A DNA stretch of 64,000 nucleotides. Origin: Bugula neritina. Taxonomy: Eukaryota > Animalia > Bryozoa. The position numbers and the translations under genes are program-made. The notes under the pieces are model-generated. The model saw only the letters and a list, made by a program, of their open reading frames with translations, had not been told where the DNA came from and did no database searches. Position 1 is the first letter of the stretch. Every line of letters starts with the position of its first letter. Of the stretch, positions 53,587 to 64,000 are shown piece by piece. Where the stretch lies: contig OZ037772.1 of assembly GCA_964035545.1 (NCBI GenBank), positions 10,104,818 through 10,168,817 of the forward strand, written 5' to 3'.

Positions 53587-55575
53587 TCAGCTCCCCTTGG
53601 CTACTTTCTTCAACTGGTGCCACCACTCCAAACTCTTATTGTTGGTATTGAGAGAATGCTGAAGCTCTCTCCAATGTTCAGCTCCTCTCTTGTCACCGTC
53701 TGCACTGATGTACACTCTACCAACCACCTGTCAAGTATAAGTGTCAGTGTGTGTTTATAGTGTGTGAGCAGGTGCCCAGCAGGTACCATGGATGGAGTTG
53801 ACAGAACATCTGATGATTATTAGAAACTGAGCAAATAGTGACTAAGTTACTGAGCATTTTTGTTCAAGATATTAATTATGACGAAAGATTTTTTTTCCAA
53901 TTCCACCAAAATTTTGATGAAGATGAAAGTTAAACACTAATTATTTTTAAAGCATATTCTTAGATAAAAGGCAACCGAGCATAGCAATATAACTCAGGTG
54001 TTCAAGCAAGTCTAAATGACTTAAACTCAGCCTTAACATAACTCGAGTTTCCAGGTTGTGCTATAGAAATGTTGATATATGAAATAATATCTACAGAACA
54101 GCGGAACTCCTTGGTAGACGCCCTCACCTCATAACTACCGATTTTCACTTTACACAAGTCTACGACTATACTCATATCAGCTAGTTTCACGTGTTGAGGC
54201 AGAGCTAGAACTATCTCCTGGTTGAAGAGTGGATTAGTAGTCACTTTGATGTTATCTATAGTACGTTTCTTCTTCAACTTCTTTCCATCTTCTAGCACCG
54301 TCACTCTTACCGTTAGGCCTGTAATATTTTTAAAAATTAAGAGTTTTAGCATCTGATAATCATAAAATATATCATATTCCTATAAAATATATTATATCTC
54401 TATAAAAATTAGTCCCTGCCACGCAGGAGTTGCACCACACAGCTCCGGCTTACAAGTAAGCACGCTACCATCGCAGCACAGGGGCTGCTGGGTAAACTCA
54501 ACAATACATCCCACCCAGTTCTCTAGAACTTTGCGGGCTCTTCTACTACTGCTTTAGACATCCTCCCTCCCCCCTCCATCCCCCTCCCCAATCTTTTAAC
54601 TACCTCGGATTACTTTAACTACTATAAAACTTTACGAGAGGTTGAAATAACATGTACAACTTTTGCCCCCACTGGGAGTCAAACCCAAGACGAGTACTCC
54701 GGGTTGCAAGCCAGTATGCTACCATTCTGCCACATTGGCTTTTCTTCATAGTTTTTTTATATGCAATCCCTTCAAAATTAAGCCCTTTTTACACTTGAAA
54801 ACAATTTCAAAATCTGACTGTTAGGCCTGGAATATATTATAAAACTTCAAAAGTTTGATTATGTAATAGTTATAAAATATACATCACTCTCTTTTACATG
54901 CACTTTAGTGAAAATTATATATTTTTCACATTAACACAGCTTTTAAAGCGTCAACTATCTTTGAAGTTGCTTACCCAGTACTGCAATTTCGTCTTCTATG
55001 TGTAAATCTTTTGCTTTAGCAAAGAAAAAGGTGAGCGTAAGATTATCTTTAGCCTTAGTGCTCTTTATGGAAAACAGCAGCTCTCCGACATAATTCTAAA
55101 GGATAATTTGTAAAACATGTATAATATTATAAATAAATAGATAATAAAGCCGTGTACACATACATACTCTGCAGCTTGCATTTATTATATATTTATGTTT
55201 TTGCATACATTATAAACCATTTCATATATAGCTACATAGAATCGTATTAATTCATGATGAATGCAATACACACAGGTGCATTACAAATATATAATGTAAA
55301 TATTATATCAAATGTTATATTTATAATTATATGTAGTTTTATTTTATTTAGAATACTGTATTCACTGTATACTGTGATTTTTAAAAAATGAAATATACTC
55401 ACCTCTTCATGGTCATGTGACTAGGGTAGACATCTGTCAATGTGTTCCTCTACGTATAATGACTCATTATGTGGTAGACTATTTAAACGTAGTTGGACAA
55501 CTCCAACCTTCTCCGTCTTCACAAACTGATCGTAGTCATACAGGTGACATAACAGATGTTTCCCTGAGAGATCAT
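53587..55575 (-). pseudogene. Synaptotagmin-like tandem C2 protein, last four exons, with an in-frame TAG; 5' exons not in window
   Basis: Exons 55575-55403 (LYDYDQFVKTEKVG, end of C2A; TAG at 55423-55421), 55095-54975 (VGELLFSI), 54318-54128 (GKKLKKKRT..NPLFNQEI) and 53727-53587 (EHWREL..WWHQL). Splice phases are mutually compatible. Confidence 0.7.
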
Positions 55576-55717
55576 CTAAATAAATACAGAACACCAGAGT
55601 ATTGCTGTGATTCTAGTAATAATACAGTCGAGGGATAAAAACACTCATTTCACAAGCATGTAACAGAAACAAAAATCGACATAATAGGTGGGATGATAGA
55701 CACCGAATACAGTGTAC

Positions 55718-56961
55718 TACTGTACTTACTTAGTAAATACTATACCACTGTACTTACTTAGTAAATACTATACCACTGTACTTACTTAGTATATACTATA
55801 CCACTGTACTTACTTAGTATATACTATACCACTGTACTTACTTAGTAAATACTATACCACTGTACTTACTTAGTATATACTATACCACTGTACTTACATA
55901 GTAAATACTATACCACTGTACTTACTTAGTAAATACTATACCACTGTACTTACTTAGTAAATACTATACCACTGTACTTACTTAGTAAATACTCTACCAC
56001 TGAACTTACTTAGTAAATACTATATCACAGTACTTACTTAGTAAATACTATACCACTGTACTTACTTAGTAAATACTATACCACAGTACTTACTTAGTAA
56101 ATACTATACCACTGTACTTACTTAGTATATACTCTATCACTGTACTTACTTAGTATATACTATACCACTGTACTTACTTAGTAAATACTATACCATTGTA
56201 CTTACTTAGTAAATACTATATCACTGTACTTACTTAGTAAATACTATACCACTGTACTTACTTAGTATATAATATACCACTGTACTTACATAGTAAATAC
56301 TATACCACTGTACTTACTTAGTATATACTATACCACTGTACTTACATAGTAAATACTATACCACTGCACTTACTTAGTATATACTATACTACTGTACTTA
56401 CTTAGTATATAATATACCACTGTACTTACATAGTAAATACTATACCACTGTACTTACTTAGTATATACTATACCACTGTACTTACATAGTAAATACTATA
56501 CCACTGTACTTACTTAGTATATACTATACTACTGTACTTACTTAGTATATAATATACCACTGTACTTACTTAGTAAATACTATATCACTGTACTTACTTA
56601 GTATATACTATACCACTGTACTTACATAGTAAATACTATACCACTGTACTTACTTAGTAAATAATATACCACTGTACTTACTTAGCATATACTATACTAC
56701 TGTACTTACTTAGTATATAATATACCACTGTACTTACTTAGTAAATACTATATCACTGTACTTACTTAGTATATACTATACCACTGTACTTACTTAGTAA
56801 ATACTATACCACTGTACTTACTCAGTAAATACTATACCACTGTACTTACTTAGTAAATACTATATCACTGTACTTACTTAGTATATACTATACCACTGTA
56901 CTTACTTAGTATATACTATACCACTGTACTTACTTAGTATATACTATACCACTGTACTTAC
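55718..56961. repeat. 28-bp minisatellite (ACTGTACTTACTTAGTAAATACTATACC)n, ~44 units
   Basis: Directly visible; only about 2 units at the paralogous site 4942-5001. Confidence 0.95.
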
Positions 56962-60279
<3,318 letters not shown>

Positions 60280-61464
60280 CTTTGTTAAATGTACGAATTT
60301 GATCAGCTGTAGTAGCCTTCGCTTGATAAATACTCTACCCTTACAAATTGTGAACCTGGCTTAGGTGAATATTTAGAGGCAACTTTAGGCTATTTAGAGT
60401 ACAATAAGGTCGTTTTTAACACCAGTATATTAGCAACTAGCCGGTGTCTTTAAAGACGCGAATAGTTCTGTGTTATGTAATACGCGCATTCAGGTAGAGC
60501 ATAACTCCTTCTTATTTGCGCAGAGGCGAGTCAAATAGTGCACTAGCTCCCGTGTGATGTAAGATTATCCCAATAAACTAAAACTTCTTATAGTTGTAAA
60601 TTGTAATTATAGTTCATTAATGATCATACCCTTTGAGGAGCATTCTCTGTAATGATTATAGATCAATAAACACAGTAGAATCTCAGATCAAAATAATAAT
60701 AATAGCTATAGCTATAATAGTTTAAGAATTATACTAAAGAGCAAGTTTATGATAGGTTTAGTAATTGGTGTATTTTTATCAGCAACCAGAGAAAGTTGAT
60801 AAAATATATCCGGCTGAATTTGTAGCCCAAGTTTGATTAATGAAGGATGTCATTAACCCCTGGTGACTTCCAATCTCAATTCAAAAAGAAACATTATTAT
60901 GCAAAATTCATAAATATATGTGTAACTAAATGATGTAAATTAACAAAGTTATGGATATACATAAAAGATACAATATATTCAAATTGGAAATGCATAGTTT
61001 ACAAAAAATAGACCAAACATCTGTATCATATGCAATGCGCTAGAAATGAAAAATTGAAAAAAATGTTATGTAAGTAATGAGAGACTGCACAATATTCTGT
61101 TAGAAGCATGTAAATTATAGTCCGAGTTCCAAGTCAACTGGTGAATAGAAAATTAGAATGAGCAGTAATTCTATAGTGAAGGGACAGATTCAGTCTATGA
61201 TCTACCCAGGGATAGTTTCTAGAGAAGACAATTTTTTTAGCATGCCTAAAAATAGTACATGAAAGCTACAATAATGATCATACAGTGAACAACATAAACT
61301 AATTTGCATAAATCAGATTTTGGTGTGCAGGAAAAATAACAGTGAAACTATATACCCCATAATCTACGTCTTATATTTGTTCTTGATTGAAATAATATAG
61401 ACTCAAAGCAAAGTATAAGCTGGGCAGCATAAATTATCTGACATAATATATATGTCTACTATAC

Positions 61465-61735
61465 GCTACACTACACTACACTGCACTGCGCTGCACTGCA
61501 CTACACTGCACTACACTGCGCTGCGCTGCGCTGCACTGCGCTGCACTGCTCTACGCTGCGCTGCACTGCGTTGCGCTGCACTGCGCTGCACTGTACTGTA
61601 TTATATATACTACACTGTACTATACTATACTATACTATATACTATACTATACTATACCACACTATACTATACTATACTATGTGGTCACCTTTCACCACCG
61701 GTGGCGGGATACTATCCTATATACTATATAATACA
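61465..61735. repeat. Short paralogue of the compound pentanucleotide microsatellite
   Basis: (CACTG/CGCTG)n plus (ATACT)n with the same GC-rich core as 9860-9912. Confidence 0.9.
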
Positions 61736-62594
61736 CTTGTGTCTATCAATTTTTATCAGCTGAAGTGAAACTGAACTAATAGGGTCAGTAATTGCTGTGG
61801 GAGATACCGAGTCCTACTTCATGTTTGTATTGTACTTGTTGACCATGCTTAGTAGCTCTTTCACTATCCGAACTATATCATTATATCATTCTGCTACATT
61901 CAATGCCACTCACTACGTCTCTAATGCTTCGTAAATATGCCAATGGAGGTTTTTCATTTTGTGCAAAGGAACATTATCAATGGAATAAAATCACAACCCA
62001 TGTGCTGCATTTAGTTGATCAACAATTGCGGACGAGTAGCATCTCTCGATGGTGGTCGGTTTCAATAGTTCAAGGTCACATGATGAACTCGTCTTAAGTT
62101 TCAATAGAATCTAAACACACTAATTTTTAGCTCATGATCATTTATCTAATTACATATGATCAATGGCCTATTTCAAATAGCAAGAATTTGGCATGCATAA
62201 TGCACAGGACAAACTAATTGCTGAAGCAGCGTGACTTATTATCAGTGGCCGGGGTGTGGAAAATTTGGTTAGAATACGCTATGAATTGACTACTAATATA
62301 TTAGTGCTTTGTAATCCATACGCAAGAATCTATTTGATGAACATGGTGACATGGGAACATGGTGACAATGTCATTTTTCAAATGTTGTATTTAACTTTAA
62401 ACCAATAATTAGTTCAATCACAAAGCAAAAATTAAATGGAAAAACTATAAATATTTAGCCATTCAATTCTCAGTTCATTTTGAAGTTCAATAAATGGCTT
62501 TCTTTGGAGTTCAATCTGTTCGTTACTGATGTGTTTTTAAAAGGTATTGCTAACTTATACTAACTTATTATAGAACAATAATTATCTGCAGTAT

Positions 62595-62895
62595 GTTATT
62601 TTATAGCGTTGTATTGTATTTTATTGTATAGCATTGCATTGTGTTTTATTGTATAGCATTGCATTGTATTTTATTGTATAGCATTGTATTGTATTTTATT
62701 GTATAGCATTGCATTGTATTTTATTGTATAGCATTGTATTGTATTCTATTGTATAGCATTGTATTGTATTTTATTGTATAGCATTGTATTGTATTTTATT
62801 GTATAGCATTGCATTGTATTTTATTGTATGGCACTGCATTGTATGTTATTGTATAGCATTGTATTGTATTTTATTGTATAGCATTGCATTGTATT
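62595..62895. repeat. (ATTGT)-based higher-order (~30 bp) repeat
   Basis: TTTATTGTATAGCATTGCATTGTAT-type units, expanded relative to 20478-20525. Confidence 0.85.
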
Positions 62896-64000
62896 TATCA
62901 ATTTCTTCCACCAATTAAAGAGAGAGTGACTTATTACTATAGTAAATCTCACCCAAATACATTTATTATTTCTACTGTAGTATTACTTATAAGATGTGAC
63001 CAGCTCCTTGAAGTGTTGCTTGTATATGTTGAGTTAAAAAACATGAATATTGTAGCAGAGGTAGCATGTAACAGTGTTGACTATTAAATAGACAGAACAT
63101 GTCTTCTAATATTTCTATAACTATACTCAGATTGAATATAGTTCCTTCTCACTGCTTAAAGAACTCTGACCTATAATATTATAAGATAACTCACCACAGT
63201 ATATACAACTCTAATCATTAGCAACTATAATATTATTATGCTTTGTACAATGTTTACTATATATAATATAGTAGAGATGGAAGGTTAAAAGAAGCGCATG
63301 CACAAAAGATAATACTAAAGCGTTAAATTTTATATCATATGGTCTGATATATAATATAACATGTCAGTTGGATTGTTGTTGCTGCATGGAAATCAATTTG
63401 AGTTTGTAGAAATGTTTAAAGAGTTTTGGTGAACAGAATGTGAAGGTTGACAAAACTTTATCTGAAACTTGTTTCTTTTGCAAAGCAGACATGCTGTTTT
63501 GGCTTCATCTCTGCTTTTATGTATTATATAAATTTGAATTATAAATAACGATTCCATTACTGAAAAAGAATAATATCTCTGTATGTCAATACTTTGTAGA
63601 TAGAAATTGTTTGCTTTTTCACCAAATGAAGGGTAGTTCAAGTTTGTAGAAATATCATATCTTTTGTAGAATAAGCTTTTTAGTGAAAGTTTTAATTCCA
63701 GCTTATAATAGCACTGAATAGTACGCTGTATAATAAGCTGGAGAAGAGAAAGCAGTTTAGCTGCACTCAAATTATTAGTATGGCAATAATCTCTAGAAAA
63801 AAGCTAGTCATTTGCATTATGATCTTTTTCAGAGTAATAGAAACAGTTTATACTAAATAAAAATTGATTGTTTATGAACTACTAACTAATTCCTATTTGT
63901 AACGTGTCTAATTATAGATGTGTGATATTTTATAGAAGGTGATAATAAAAATACTAAAGGATATTAAAAGTAAAACCGGATATAATTTTGGGATTTCTCT

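Noticed and set aside
55718-56961. 28-bp repeat array resembling CRISPR repeat length
   Set aside because: Units are head-to-tail with no unique spacers, there are no cas genes, and the context is a eukaryotic intron

Overview
AT-rich, intron-rich eukaryotic (invertebrate-animal-like) genomic DNA. The ORF track is mostly exon fragments or repeat artefacts, so genes were rebuilt by hand from GT-AG junctions. From left to right: the 3' six exons of a xanthine dehydrogenase/aldehyde oxidase (+); a complete 9-exon prostaglandin E synthase 2 (-); four intact ~605-aa TRIM-like paralogues (RING, B-box1, B-box2, coiled coil, NHL-like beta-propeller; one on +, three on -) plus two deletion relics; the 3' exons of a synaptotagmin-like C2 gene with an in-frame stop (-); and a direct duplicate of the PTGES2-TRIM block. 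In the duplicate, PTGES2 is truncated and carries a piggyBac-type MITE, and the TRIM gene is deleted. The strongest signal is that the four TRIM paralogues share a well-conserved scaffold but differ in short, periodically spaced patches of the propeller domain. They are also mosaic, turn over by birth and death, and have IRF/NF-kB/AP-1-like motifs upstream. Together this suggests a candidate diversifying intracellular immune-receptor/E3-ligase array (inference). Several transposons and repeats interact directly with splice sites.
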